From contig NC_057737.1 of assembly GCF_004010195.1 (NCBI RefSeq), positions 16,022,950 to 16,086,949 on the forward strand: a DNA stretch of 64,000 nucleotides. Reading direction: 5' to 3'. The stretch's first letter is position 1, and every line of letters starts with the position of its first letter. The translations under genes were made by a program, and so were the position numbers. Of the stretch, positions 26,688 through 38,559 are shown one piece after another. Origin of the DNA: Chiloscyllium plagiosum (Eukaryota). The notes beneath the pieces were generated by a model that was not told where the DNA came from, searched no databases, and worked only from the letters and a program-made list of their open reading frames with translations.

Positions 26688-26998
26688 AGATTAGATTCCC
26701 TACAGTATGGGAACAAGCCCTTCGGCCCAACAAGTCCACACTGACCTTCTGAAGAATAACCCAGCCAGACCCATTCTCCTACCCTATATTCCCCCTGACT
26801 AATGCACCTAACACTATGGGCAATTTAGCATGGCCAATTCCCCTAACCTGCACATCTTTGGACTGTGGGAGGAAACCGGAGCACCCAGAGGAAACCCACA
26901 CAGACACAGGGAGAGCATTCAAACTCCATGCAGACAGTTGCCCGAGGCTGGAATCGAAACCGAGTCTCTGACGCTGTGAGGCTGCAGTGCTAACCACT
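26688..26998 (-). mobile_element. HE1 / V-SINE
   Basis: ttagattagattccctacag tail; ggaggaaaccggagcacccagagg; cagtgctaaccact head. Confidence 0.9.
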
Positions 26999-27825
26999 CC
27001 CCTTAAATCCACATTGAATGTGTGACTGCCCCGCATGGAGCACTTTCACAAAATAACAATCGGGGGGTCAAAGGAAACTTCCTGAGTTGACAATATCATT
27101 ACTGTGGGCTGGAGGATACATTCCAGCTACTGTGGGGTCCTCTGTTCCCTCAATGTTAATTGTACTTCTGATCACCTTTAAATAAACATTAAACAGGTCG
27201 ACTGCCTCCAGTTGACAAAACCAAGGCCCAGAAAGTAAACTTACCGAACTGTAACAGAAACTTATCGAAATAGAATTAAAACCTCATCTCTCAGGAAGGA
27301 TACTGCAGCCCCTTTAGAGAACGTTGTCCCCTACAGGTCAATCTCCATAAGTGTTTCATTACTGGTGACAGAGCGTAAACAGCTTGACAAGCTTAGCAAG
27401 AAGATTTGACTTAAATAACAAGGTGCAGATTATTGCAATTTTTAAAAAATTTGCTTTTATGATCCATCCCTAAATGCCCAGAGGGCAGCTAAGAGTTAAC
27501 TACAGTGTTGTGGGACTGGACCAGTAGATTTTATTCCTTAAAGGCCGTTAACAAACCAGAGGAACTTTATGGTGATGGACCGTGGTCACCGAAAAGGTGG
27601 CTAACCTTCAGATTATTTTTAAAAATTGAAATCAAATCTGATCATTTGCCATTATGGGCTTTGAACCCAGAACCTCAGTACAGCGGCCAGGGGCTGAGGA
27701 CTACTTACCCAGTCATATACCATCATACCTGTTAAAGTCGATGTTACCAATCCTGAGGTCTTACTTCACCTCTTAGTCAGAATGTCTGCTTAATTTTGTC
27801 CTTCTTTCTCCTTTGCTCTCCTGTG

Positions 27826-28095
27826 GGTGACATGGTGTCTCAGTGGCTAGCACTGCTGCCTCAGAGCGTCAGAGACCTGGACTCGGTTCCACTCTGAGGT
27901 GACTGTCTATGTGGAGTTTGCACATTCTCCATGTGTCTGCCTGAGTTTCCTCTCGGTGCTCGGGTTTCCTCCCACAGTACAAAGATGTGTAGGCTAGATG
28001 GATTAGCCATGGGAATTACAGGGATAGGACAGGGTGATGGGTCTGGGTGGGATATTCTTTTGAGGGCTGCTTCCACATTGTAGAATTCTATGATT
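27826..28095 (+). mobile_element. HE1 / V-SINE
   Basis: ctcagtggctagcactgctgcctcag; ggagtttgcacattctcc. Confidence 0.88.
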
Positions 28096-28275
28096 TTGAG
28101 CATCTCAAAGAGTTGACCTTCTCATCAGATTCCAGCCTCGAAAATATCAGAGAGGTGGAAGCCTCTCCCTGCTCAGTGCCCCCCAAACCTGATGGGGCTC
28201 CACCTTGGTTATAATCATGGCAGCATTCAGTGCCAAACCATTGCCAATGAGTCAGATTGGCTGAGAATGCCAGAG

Positions 28276-28390
28276 GAGAAAGTGAGGACTGCAGATGCTG
28301 GAGATCAGAGCTGAAAATGTGTTGCTGGAAAAGCGCAGCAGGTCAGGCAGCATTCAAGGAGCAGGAGAATCGATGTTGGGGGAGGGGAAA
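28276..28390 (-). mobile_element. Penelope pLTR fragment
   Basis: gagaaagtgaggactgcagatgctggagatcag terminus; 14-bp TSD tgagaatgccagag / tgaggatgccagag (28262-28275, 28391-28404). Confidence 0.8.
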
Positions 28391-28579
28391 TGAGGATGCC
28401 AGAGAGTGAGACCAAATGACTAGTGCCTCATTCTCCACCAACTGAGCCCTCCCACTAGGTCAGGCAGCAACTTGAGGGGTGTGGGGGAGGGAGGGGCCAA
28501 AAGTCCAAGCTGGAGGAAGAAGAGGAGACTCTGGCACAGAAGTCCTTAAAGAACCTGCCTTAATTTGCACAGAACAGAA

Positions 28580-29310
28580 GGTTGTTTCCCCTTGGGGGAG
28601 AGTCTAGGACAAAAGGGCATCACCTCAGAGTGACAGGGTTGCATAATAAAGGCTGAGATGAGGAGTTTCTTCTCTCAGAATTTCGTGAATCTGTGGAATT
28701 CTTCACCACAGAGGGCTATGGAGACTTTGTCATCAACTACATTCGAGGCTGAGATGGATAGATCTTTAATCAGTTACGGAATCGAGGGATATGGGGAATA
28801 AGCAGGAAATTAGAGTCAAGGATTAGATTAGATTCCCTACAGTGTGGAAACACACCCTTACAGCCCAACCAGTCCACACCAACGATGCTAAATTGCCCGT
28901 AGTGTTAGGTGGATTAGTCAGGGATAAATATGGGGGGTGGGTTTCTCTTCGGAGGGTCGGTGTGGACCTGTTGGGCCGAAGGACCTGGTTCCACACTGTA
29001 GGTAATCTAATCTAATCAACCCTCCGAAGAGTAATCCATCTAGACCCACTTCCCTCTGACTAACGCACCTAACACTATGGGCAATTTAGCATGGCCAATT
29101 CACCTGACCTGCACATCTTTGGACTGTGGGAGGAAACCGGAGCACCCGGAAGAAACCCACGCAGACACAGGGAAAATGTGCGATCTCCACACAGACAGTC
29201 GCCTGAGGCTGGAATCGAACCTGGGGCCCTAGTGCTGTGAGGTAGCAGTGGTAAACACTGAGCCACCGTGCCACCCTTATCAGCATGGATCTCATTGAAT
29301 GGCGAGATAG
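28580..29310. mobile_element. CR1 3' end containing a minus HE1 (28823-29275), which contains a plus 5'-truncated HE1 (~28884-29015)
   Basis: CR1 3'UTR resumes at ttatcagcatggatctcattgaatgg; opposing SINE tails ttagattaga / tctaatctaa. Confidence 0.8.
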
Positions 29311-29653
29311 ACTGTATGCAAGGAAGTGAGGACTCAGATGTTGGAGATCAGAGTAAAAAAGTGTGGTGCTAGAAAAGCACAGCTGGTCAGGCATCTGAGG
29401 AGCAGGAGAGTCGATGTTTCGAGCATAAGCTCTTCATTGGGGCCCTAGTGCTGTGAGGTCGCAGTGGTCAACACTGAGCCACCGTGCCACCCTTATCAGC
29501 ATGGATCTCATTGAATGGTGAGATAGACTGTATGCAAGGAAGTGAGGACTCAGATGTTGGAGATCAGAGTAAAAAAGTGTGGTGCTAGAAAAGCACAGCT
29601 GGTCAGGCATCTGAGGAGCAGGAGAGTCGATGTTTCGAGCATAAGCTCTTCAT
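29222..29653. repeat. 216-bp direct tandem duplication (2 copies, 3 mismatches)
   Basis: 29222-29437 versus 29438-29653. Confidence 0.95.
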
Positions 29654-29656
29654 CAG
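29629..29656 (-). ncRNA. Minimal hammerhead ribozyme motif
   Basis: Reverse complement CUGAUGA-A-GAGC-UUAU-GCUC-GAAA-C-AUC, intact core and perfect stem II. Confidence 0.75.
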
Positions 29657-30085
29657 GAATATGCTAAATGGCCTAATTCTGCTCTTCTGTCTTACAGTCT
29701 GTTACTGCCAGATAAACTTCCCAGCCAAATATCCATTCTAGTCTTTGTCCATGTTCTACTCCACACACAGGTTATAAAGGGCATCACAGTATGCGGGGAC
29801 TGTGGGGTTGGGTGAGCTGGTCTGGATGGGAGGAGGTAATATCATTGACTTTCCTCCCTATTAGAAATATGTGAGTGTGAATGTGAAATGAAAACAGCAG
29901 TGGGCTCAACCTGGGTAACTATCACAGCTAAATAGCCTGTAAATCCTCACTGTTCAAGTATGGTACTGAAGAATGACGCATTATGCTATAACCCAGTCGA
30001 CAACCCTTCTGTGCTTAGCAGAGCTGCAAACAAAATCTCAAAACTAAAGTTTGAATGAAAGCTAATGTTGTAACAATGCTGGCAT

Positions 30086-30099
30086 CCACCAGGTGGCAG
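30086..30099 (+). promoter_or_regulatory. Candidate CTCF site
   Basis: CCACCAGGTGGCAG matches the CTCF core CCASYAGRKGGCRS, in non-repetitive sequence. Confidence 0.5.
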
Positions 30100-30134
30100 T
30101 CTCCACCATGGTGAACAATAGGTTTTTTCAAACA

Positions 30135-30297
30135 TAAATTTTTAATAAATCACACACCATTGCTCCTTGACAACTACCTGATGAAGGAGCAGTGCCCTGA
30201 AAGCTAGTGATTCCAAATAAACCTATTGGACTACAACCTGGTGTTGTGTGATTTTTAACTTTGTACACCTCAGTTTAACAACGGCATTTGCAAATCA
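30135..30297 (+). mobile_element. Penelope pLTR, second family, with hammerhead-like core at 30178-30206
   Basis: 12-bp TSD ttttttcaaaca (30123-30134, 30298-30309); CTGATGA-aggagcagtgccct-GAAA-gcta. Confidence 0.8.
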
Positions 30298-30439
30298 TTT
30301 TTTCAAACAGTGGGACACGGTCACCTTTTGACCAAAAGAGTCCAAAGTCTTTCACTCGTCTTTCACTCAGAGAATACCAGATCATAAAAAAGCGGACTTT
30401 CCTGAAATCACATTTTCAAGTCATAATATGAGACAAAGC

Positions 30440-30825
30440 TTTATTGGCACCACATCCACAACCATTGACTCTCTCCACCACTGACACTAAGTAGCAGCAG
30501 TGTGTACTGTACTATCTACAAGCTTCAGTGCATATATTCACCAAAGATCGTCTGACAGCACCCTTCAAACCCGTGACCACTTCCATCTGGAAGGGCAAGG
30601 GCCGATACATGGGAACACCACCGCCTGTAAGTTCCTCTCCAAGCCACTCACCATCCAGACTTGGAAATATAACACCATTCCTTCACTGTCACTGGGTCGA
30701 AATCCTGCCTCCCACCCCCCCCCAACAGCATTGTGGGTGTACAAACACCAAATGGACCGCAGCAGTTCAAGAAGACAACTTACCAATACTGGCCCAGCCA
30801 GCGACACCCATACCAAGTGAATGAA
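30440..30825 (+). mobile_element. CR1/L2-group LINE 3' fragment
   Basis: SLHH..VAAVCTVLS motif; catgggaacaccaccgcctgtaagttc; same family as 40300-42000. Confidence 0.75.
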
Positions 30826-30879
30826 TCAGCTTTGGAACTCTGCAAAGTCATTATTAAAATGTCTATCTTTGCCCTCGAG

Positions 30880-31360
30880 TTGGGCTGCTATCTCTATATC
30901 AAAGGTATGCCAGTCTTTACTGTGATAATGCTGCAATGTCAGAGGTGCCAACGTTTGGATGTGATGTACAACTCCCCCCCCATGGTCGATTGTGCTTTTT
31001 GAAGAAGAGGAAATATCCAGGCAACTATTCATCCTACAACCCACATCATTAAAAACAGATTACTAGGACAAGGTGCCTTTGCTTCTCTGTGGGATCTTGC
31101 TGCACATAAACTGACTATTACCTTTCCAACACTGCAACAGAGACTGCACCTCAAAGATATCTAATCTGGAGAAAATTATTCTAGAATTGCATAGCACAGG
31201 AGGCCATTCAGCCCATCTTGTCTGCAGCTGCTTTTTTGAATGACCTATCAAACTAGTTCCACTCTCCCATTCCTTTTTGCACAGGCCCGGAGAGTAGACA
31301 TTCTAATGTAACCCTTTCATTAGAATGGGTCAGGAAAGGTGCTATATGAATGCAAGTTCT
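30880..31360 (+). mobile_element. SacSINE1-like Deu-SINE, disrupted by the inverted-repeat arm
   Basis: tgctgcaatgtcagaggtgcc; tttgaagaagag; gtgggatcttgctg; 3' end aaaggtgctatatgaatgcaag at ~31336-31357. Confidence 0.65.
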
Positions 31361-31564
31361 TTCTGAAATTGCTCACAGAAACGTACCCAAGATTCCCACC
31401 CTGCCTGTCCAGCGCACATCTCCTTTGAAAGGGTTACATTAGAATGTCTACTCTCTGGATCTGTGCAAAAAGGAATGGGAGAGTGGAACTAGTTTGATAG
31501 GTCCTTCAAAAAAGCAGCTGGAGACAAGATGGGCTGAATGGCCTCCTGTGCTATGCAATTCTAG
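31181..31564. repeat. Inverted duplication: 139-bp arms, 106-bp spacer
   Basis: 31181-31319 is the reverse complement of 31426-31564 with about 5 mismatches. Confidence 0.95.
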
Positions 31565-31765
31565 GATTCATTGTGTACAGGCTCTTATTCTGATTTACAA
31601 ACATCAGGCTCTGAATTCCTTGCTAATCCTGGACAGAAAAACAAAATGTCTCTTCAGATACAATGTTCTGCCAGGTTTGATGATGCATGCTTAATGTTCA
31701 TGCTACATCAACTAGGTGTTTAATTCTTTTCAAACAATTACTATTCATTAGGTAATACAAAACAA

Positions 31766-32380
31766 CAATGTGGTCTGCTGTACTGTGGGGAGATGAAATG
31801 CGGACTGGGTGACTGCTTTGCAGAACACCTACGTTCTGTCCGCAAGAATGACCCTGAGCTTCCTGTCCCCTGCCACTTCAACACACCCCTGTTCTCTGGC
31901 CAACATCTCTCTCTTAGGCAATGGTGCAGTGCTCCAGTGAAGCTCAGTGCAAACTGGAAGAACTACACCTAATTTTCCTCTTGGGCCCCCTGCAATCTGA
32001 GGACTCAACATCGTGTTCAATAACTTTTGAACCTGGACACCTTCCTCTATGCCCTTTACGCGGCCCCACACCCCAAGCCTTGTCATGACATGGGCTGCTT
32101 TTCTCAACTACTCATAGTTCCCATTATCAGCTTCCCTCCTTCAGTGGTTTACCATTATCCATCTCATTGTCTGCCTAATTGTCTTTCTTTCTCTCTGGCC
32201 TTAGACTCTTCCTATCCTCTCATTCCTTTGCCTCTCCCCAACCCTCTGCCATCAGCATAAACACTAGCTTTTCCGAGCAGCTGTCAGTCCCAAAGAAGGG
32301 TCACTGGACTTGAAACGCCAACTCTGCTTTCTCTCCACTGGTGCGACCAAACCTGTTGTGTTTCTCCAGCAATTTCTGGT
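31766..32380 (+). mobile_element. Penelope-like element: GIY-YIG endonuclease remnant plus 3' pLTR
   Basis: QCGLLYCGEMKCGLGDCFAEHLRSVRKNDPELPVPCHFN ... KLEELHLIFLLG ... GLNIVFNNF; degenerate hammerhead at ~32290-32320. Confidence 0.85.
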
Positions 32381-32771
32381 ATTAACTGGGAACTTACCTG
32401 TAAATATATATGTGAGTATACACAGCAGATTGAAAGAGAGCTTCTTGGTTGAAGATGTATGATAGGGAAATGGCATCTTTAAGTCAACATTTGTGAGTGT
32501 GTAAAAGATTGGGATCTGTTAACTATTGCTCACATGTGAGTTCTAACGCTTTGCCTATGATTATGTGACATTATCTCCAATAGTGTGAGGGGAGTAGATG
32601 TTTTTGCTCCTTCCTGAATTCAGATTTTATTCTTTTAATTCCAGTAATTGTAATGATAGTCTTTTAAATACCCTGAACTACTCTAACAGGTTCACACGAC
32701 AATGAGCACTCTCCACTTAACTACCTCAGGTCATTAGGTAGTGACTGTGCCAATGTGCCACTGGTCCTTTT

Positions 32772-33200
32772 AGAATCATCGAGTCATAGAGATGCACAAT
32801 ACAGAAACAGACCCTTTGGTCCAACTCGTCCATGCTGACCAGATAACCCAACCCAATCTAGTCCCATTTGCCTCCAGCACATCCTCTGGCAGCTCATTCC
32901 ATACACCCACCACCCTCTGTGTGAACAAGTTGCCCCTTAGATCTCTTTTATATCTTTTCTGTCTTACCCTAAACCTATGCCCTCTAGTTCTGGACTCCCC
33001 CAGCCCAGGGAAAAGACTTTGTCTATTTATCCTATCCAAACCCCTCATAATTTTGTAAACCTCTATAAGGTCACCCCTCAGCCTCCGATGCTCCAGGGAA
33101 AACAGCCCCAGCCTATTCAGCCTCTGTCTATAGCTCAAACCTTCCAAACCTGGCAACATCCTTGTTAATCTTTTCTGAATTCTGTCAAGTTTCACTTTTA
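32772..33200 (-). mobile_element. CR1 LINE 3' fragment
   Basis: LDRIQKRLTRMLPGL, LRGDLIEVYKIMRG, FTQRVVGVWNELP. Confidence 0.93.
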
Positions 33201-33600
33201 TCATAAACTATTTCCTTGATTTGTGAAGCTATTTGTGGTTATTGATGGAATGTCAATGGAATAACACTGAATATTTTCCAGGAGATTCTCAGTCCTGTCT
33301 CACTGTTGTACATTTAAATCCACAATGCTCCCACCTGTCTACTACATAAGGTTCTCCTTTTCAATCTCTCCCCATGCCTGAGGCATGGGATGTCTTAGGT
33401 TAAACCACCACTAGTCATCCTTCTCTTTCTCGGTCATGAGAGGCAGCCATATAGTCCGGTAAGACTGTGACGACGTTACCTTTCACTGGTGAATGGCCAA
33501 GGTAATGAAAACCTTACTTTGTTCCACCATGGTTTGCACACACTAGAATTCATGCCTCTGTGATCACCATGGTATTGGCTAGTGATATACATATAAAAAC

Positions 33601-33870
33601 CCTACAGTGTGGAAACAGGCCCTTTGGCCCAACAAGTCCACACTGACCCTCCAAAGAGTAACCCACCCAGACCCATTTCCCCTATGTTCTACATTTACCC
33701 CAGACTAATACATCTAACCTACACATCCCTGAACACTATGGGCAATTTAGAATGGCCAATTCACCTAACCTGACTGATGTATTCACCTAACCTGCACATC
33801 TTTGGATTGTGGGAGGAAACCGGAGCACCCGGAGGAAACCCACACAGACACGAGGAGAATGTGTAAACTC
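33601..33870 (-). mobile_element. HE1 SINE truncated at the minisatellite junction
   Basis: cctacagtgtggaaacaggcc tail; body ends at gagaatgtgtaaactcc. Confidence 0.88.
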
Positions 33871-35393
33871 CCTCAGTACTGACCCTTCAACAGTGCAGCA
33901 CTCCCTCACTACTGACTCTCTGACAGTGAGACTCTCCCTCAGTACTGACCCTCAGACAGTGCAACACTCCCTCAGTACTGACCCTCTGACAGTGCAGCAC
34001 TCCCTCAGCACTGACCCTCTGATAGTGCAGCCCTCCCTCAGTACTGAACCTCTGATAGTGCAGCACTCCTTCAGTACTGACCCTCTGAGAGTGCAGCACT
34101 CCCTCAGTATTGACCCTCTGACAGTGCAGCACTCCCTCAGAACTGACCCTCTGACAGTGCAGCACTCCCTCAGTACTGACCCTCTGACAGTGCAGCACTC
34201 CCTCAGTACTGACCCNNNNNNNNNNNNNNNNNNNNNNNNNNNNNNNNNNNNNNNNNNNNNNNNNNNNNNNNNNNNNNNNNNNNNNNNNNNNNNNNNNNNN
34301 NNNNNNNNNNNNNNNNNNNNNNNNNNNNNNNNNNNNNNNNNNNNNNNNNNNNNNNNNNNNNNNNNNNNNNNNNNNNNNNNNNNNNNNNNNNNNNNNNNNN
34401 NNNNNNNNNNNNNNNNNNNNNNNNNNNNNNNNNNNNNNNNNNNNNNNNNNNNNNNNNNNNNNNNNNNNNNNNNNNNNNNNNNNNNNNNNNNNNNNNNNNN
34501 NNNNNNNNNNNNNNNNNNNNNNNNNNNNNNNNNNNNNNNNNNNNNNNNNNNNNNNNNNNNNNNNNNNNNNNNNNNNNNNNNNNNNNNNNNNNNNNNNNNN
34601 NNNNNNNNNNNNNNNNNNNNNNNNNNNNNNNNNNNNNNNNNNNNNNNNNNNNNNNNNNNNNNNNNNNNNNNNNNNNNNNNNNNNNNNNNNNNNNNNNNNN
34701 NNNNNNNNNNNNNNNNNNNNNNNNNNNNNNNNNNNNNNNNNNNNNNNNNNNNNNNNNNNNNNNNNNNNNNNNNNNNNNNNNNNNNNNNNNNNNNNNNNNN
34801 NNNNNNNNNNNNNNNNNNNNNNNNNNNNNNNNNNNNNNNNNNNNNNNNNNNNNNNNNNNNNNNNNNNNNNNNNNNNNNNNNNNNNNNNNNNNNNNNNNNN
34901 NNNNNNNNNNNNNNNNNNNNNNNNNNNNNNNNNNNNNNNNNNNNNNNNNNNNNNNNNNNNNNNNNNNNNNNNNNNNNNNNNNNNNNNNNNNNNNNNNNNN
35001 NNNNNNNNNNNNNNNNNNNNNNNNNNNNNNNNNNNNNNNNNNNNNNNNNNNNNNNNNNNNNNNNNNNNNNNNNNNNNNNNNNNNNNNNNNNNNNNNNNNN
35101 NNNNNNNNNNNNNNNNNNNNNNNNNNNNNNNNNNNNNNNNNNNNNNNNNNNNNNNNNNNNNNNNNCCCTCAGTACTGACCCTCTGACAGTGCAGCACTCC
35201 CTCAGTACTGACCCTCTAATAGTGCAGCACTCCCTCAGCACTGACCCTACGACAGTGCAGCACACCCTCAGTACCGACCTTCAGACAGTGCTGCACTCCC
35301 TCAGTACTGACCCTCTGATAGTGCAGTACTCCCTCAGTACTGAACTTCTGAAAGTGCAGCACTCCCTCAGTACTGACCTTCTGACAGTGCAGC
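33867..35393. repeat. 33-bp minisatellite spanning an assembly gap (N 34216-35165)
   Basis: Unit actccctcagtactgaccctctgacagtgcagc; about 10 copies before and 7 after the gap. Confidence 0.97.
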
Positions 35394-35546
35394 GCACCAC
35401 AAGGTAAACATTCAGATAGTACTAGGTGATTTGCAATACCTTTTTAAAATCTATAATGGTTTAATTCTGAAATCTGAACCACCAGTGTTATAACAATTCA
35501 AAGCCACACTCCTCTCCTAATTGTGGACCAGTGTATTCAGAAGGTG

Positions 35547-35748
35547 TAAAGGCAAATTACTGCGGATGCTGGAATCTGAAACCAAAAGAGAAAATGCTGG
35601 AAAATCTCAGCAGGTCTGGCAGCATCTGTAAGGAGAGAAAAGAGCTGACGTTTTGAGTCTAACTGACCCTTTGTCAAAGCTGGACCAGCTCTTTTCTCTC
35701 CTTACAGATGCTGCCAGACCTGCTGAGATTTTCCAATATTTTCTCTTT
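35547..35748. mobile_element. Palindromic Penelope pLTR insertion, third family
   Basis: 15-bp TSD tgtattcagaaggtg (35532-35546, 35749-35763); inverted arms aaaagagaaaatgctgg...agagctg / cagctct...ttttctctttt. Confidence 0.88.
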
Positions 35749-36029
35749 TGTATTCAGAAGGTGGTTGTGTCAGTGACTGGTTCTGTAGGAGAGGAGTGTG
35801 GCTTTGAATTGTTATATTCTGTAGATGATCTTGGAGCTGCATGCCTATTATGACAGTGCTGTGGATGTTTATTCAGTTCTGTACCAGCTTTCAGATATCT
35901 CCCTTTGCCTTTAAAAAAGTCTCTTTGTTTCCCAGGAGTCAGCCTTTGTCTTTGGGATACAGAAAGACACTAACCTCACACCTTTAATGCATTGTCTGAG
36001 CTGAGATGTCACTTTTTTTTTTCTAAGTT

Positions 36030-36212
36030 ACAGATCACACAACACCAGGTTATAGTCCAACAGGTTTATTTGGAAGCACTAGCTTTTGGAGCGCTGCTCC
36101 TTCATCAGATAATTGTGGAACAGGACCATGAGACCAAAAGGTTGCCTTTTGCTATAAAATCTGTGTCTTATGGTCCTGCCCAGTCCACCCCAGTCCAACA
36201 CCGGAACCTCCA
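36030..36212. mobile_element. Penelope pLTR, same family as 30135
   Basis: atcacacaacaccaggttatagtccaacagg; minus core CTGATGA-aggagcagcgctcc-AAAA-gcta at 36080-36108 (GAAA mutated). Confidence 0.78.
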
Positions 36213-36439
36213 CAACACCCTTTGTCTAGTTATCTTTTTCACCATTTTGGTCTTGGTGCTTTTAACTTTATCCCACCTCCCCAGACATTTGCTAATTTCT
36301 TTTTCTGTTTGAACAGAGTCACATAATCATCCCATGATTGAAGTGTTTTTAACTAACTGACTGGTGATATTCTGTCTGAACCAAAATACTGTGACAAGTA
36401 TAAGTCCCTTATCTGTAAGGCAATGGAGGCAGTCCAGAG

Positions 36440-36915
36440 ACATTTCTCCTGGTTGATCCTGGGCACGGAGGGATTTTCTATAATGGGAAGTTAAATGAGT
36501 TGAGCCTGAATTCATTGGATTTTAGGAGAATGAGAGGCAATCTTATTAAAACATAGAAGGTCCTGGCAGGGCTTGACAGAGTAGATTCAGAAAGGTAGTT
36601 TTCCCTTATGGGAGAGTCTCAGTCAAAAGGACATCATCTCAGAATAGGGGGTCACATATATAAGACAGAGATGAGGAGGAATTTCTTTGCCCAGAAGAAT
36701 CTGTGGAATTTCTTAATGTAGAGGGCTTCTAAGACGATACCATTAAGTATACTTGAGGCTGCGATAAACAGATTTTTAATCAGTAACAGAGTCAGGGGTT
36801 ACAGGGAAAAGGCAGGAAAGAAGAGTTGAGGATTATCAGATCAGTCGTGATCTCATTGAATGGCCACGCAGACTCGATGGGCTGAATGGTCTACTTCTGC
36901 TCCTCTGTCCAATGA
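36440..36915 (+). mobile_element. CR1 LINE 3' fragment
   Basis: agaatgagaggcaatcttatt; gcagactcgatgggctgaatggtctacttctgctcct. Confidence 0.85.
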
Positions 36916-38175
36916 TTTATATGCAGCAGTGCAGAACCTTTAAGTCTGTGGGATCAAACGATCTGCACAGGCGATGTAGTCCGTTAAAGATGCTATCATG
37001 AGCAGCAACCCAGCGGTCTTAAAGGGGTCACGCTGTGCAAGGAGCACACGGGGACATGTGATGGTCTTCAGCACGTGTGTAACTAATCCATCTCTGCCTT
37101 CAGCTTCACAGTAGGTTACAGCTTTATTACTCCTTCAGTATCGGCGAGGCACATCCTGTGTGATTTGTTTAGCATTCTGAGACTCACATGGAATCCTAAA
37201 GCTTTAACACGCAGCTCAGCTGCGGAGGTTTCACACTCGACCCATGTCTTTTATCTGCAACAGCTTTTCAGCCTCCTACAGTTTGACTTTTTTTCTGCGA
37301 CAGTGTCTCTAGCATCTGCACTTTCTTATTGTATTTGGAGGCAACCAATACAATACCAGTTGCCCATCTCTCTAAAAGCAAAATCTGAAATTAAAGAAAA
37401 CAAATATGTAGGAAGTTGTCATACAGTCAGGGAGCATCAGAAAAAGAATGAATTGTTCAGGACAGTGACCTTTAGAGAGATTGTTGATTTGAAACATTTT
37501 AGCGGCATTCGTTCTCTCTGCAGAAACTGCGGATATTTTCAAGAATTTACTTCAACAGCAACTTTTATTTGTAAAATCCTTTTATATAATGAAATATCTC
37601 CAGGGGTTACACACCCAAACTTGACAAAGCAAAACAAACAATTAAGGCAATTAGGACAGATGATCAAAACTTGTTCACAAGTAATATACACCAATTGTGG
37701 TGGTGGTGTCCCTACCTCTGAGCCCTGACGCCCAAGTACAAGCCGCAGAAGTGTGTCAAGACTTACCTGAACAGGTTGACTAAGAATATCTGTCTTGAGG
37801 AGAGATGGCAATGGTCGCTAGGGCTGAGGCAGCTGGAGGTAAATCCAGTGGTGAAATTCCTAAGGTACCAGGATTTGAGCTGCAGAGATCTCAGAGCCGG
37901 GTGGGTTTGGAGGAGATTACAGAGGAGAGGAGAGTGTTTACATCAAGGTGTTCCTTGACCAGCATCCAAATGTCGGTCAGCGTGCTCCGAGGAACTGGGT
38001 AAATGGGACTTGGAGCACGTTAAGGTACACGCAGCAGACACTTGGACAATCTCAAGCTTCCTGAGAGCTGAAGCCAAGAGGCCAGCCAAGGCTGTTCTTT
38101 AGTAATAAGTACACTCAAAGTGAATAATTGTGTTCCATTTGGTTTCAAAGGATGAAGCTCATTAGTGATATAGTG

Positions 38176-38559
38176 CAGCCATTCTCTACGGGGGAGGCGG
38201 GGGGGGGGGGGAATCATATGGTCTCCCCAGGGGCCCTGGCACATTTGAAGGTAGCCACAGACTAATAACAGTGAGAAGGGGAGCGCCAAGGGTTGCCTAA
38301 TTTGGAGCCCGATACCATGAAACTTGCAGAACAGCACCAAGCTCAAGGATTGCAGTAGGCCTGATAGATGTTTAATTTCATACAGTCATTTTTTAAAGTT
38401 TTGTCCAACGTGTCAGAATGTTCAAATTTTCTTGGTATTCAATAATAAAGGATTTTCTGCCTATCTGTTTGTGTTATGTCCCAGCTTGAAAGGACAGGCC
38501 CTGGAACCTGAGAAGAGCTCCTAGGGGGGTCATGGCCAAAGAACAGTTGAGAATCACTG
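38176..38559. mobile_element. Non-autonomous hAT (Charlie-like) MITE
   Basis: TIR cagccattctc / gagaatcactg; exact 8-bp TSD atatagtg (38168-38175, 38560-38567); second copy at 57035. Confidence 0.9.

Noticed and set aside
33809-35407. 532-aa and 436/437-aa ORFs; CRISPR-like periodicity
   Set aside because: Artefact of a 33-bp stop-free tandem unit plus an N gap; units are contiguous with no unique spacers
37165-37728. 187-aa ORF
   Set aside because: TTG start, no domain, and it runs across decayed Penelope and L2 fragments
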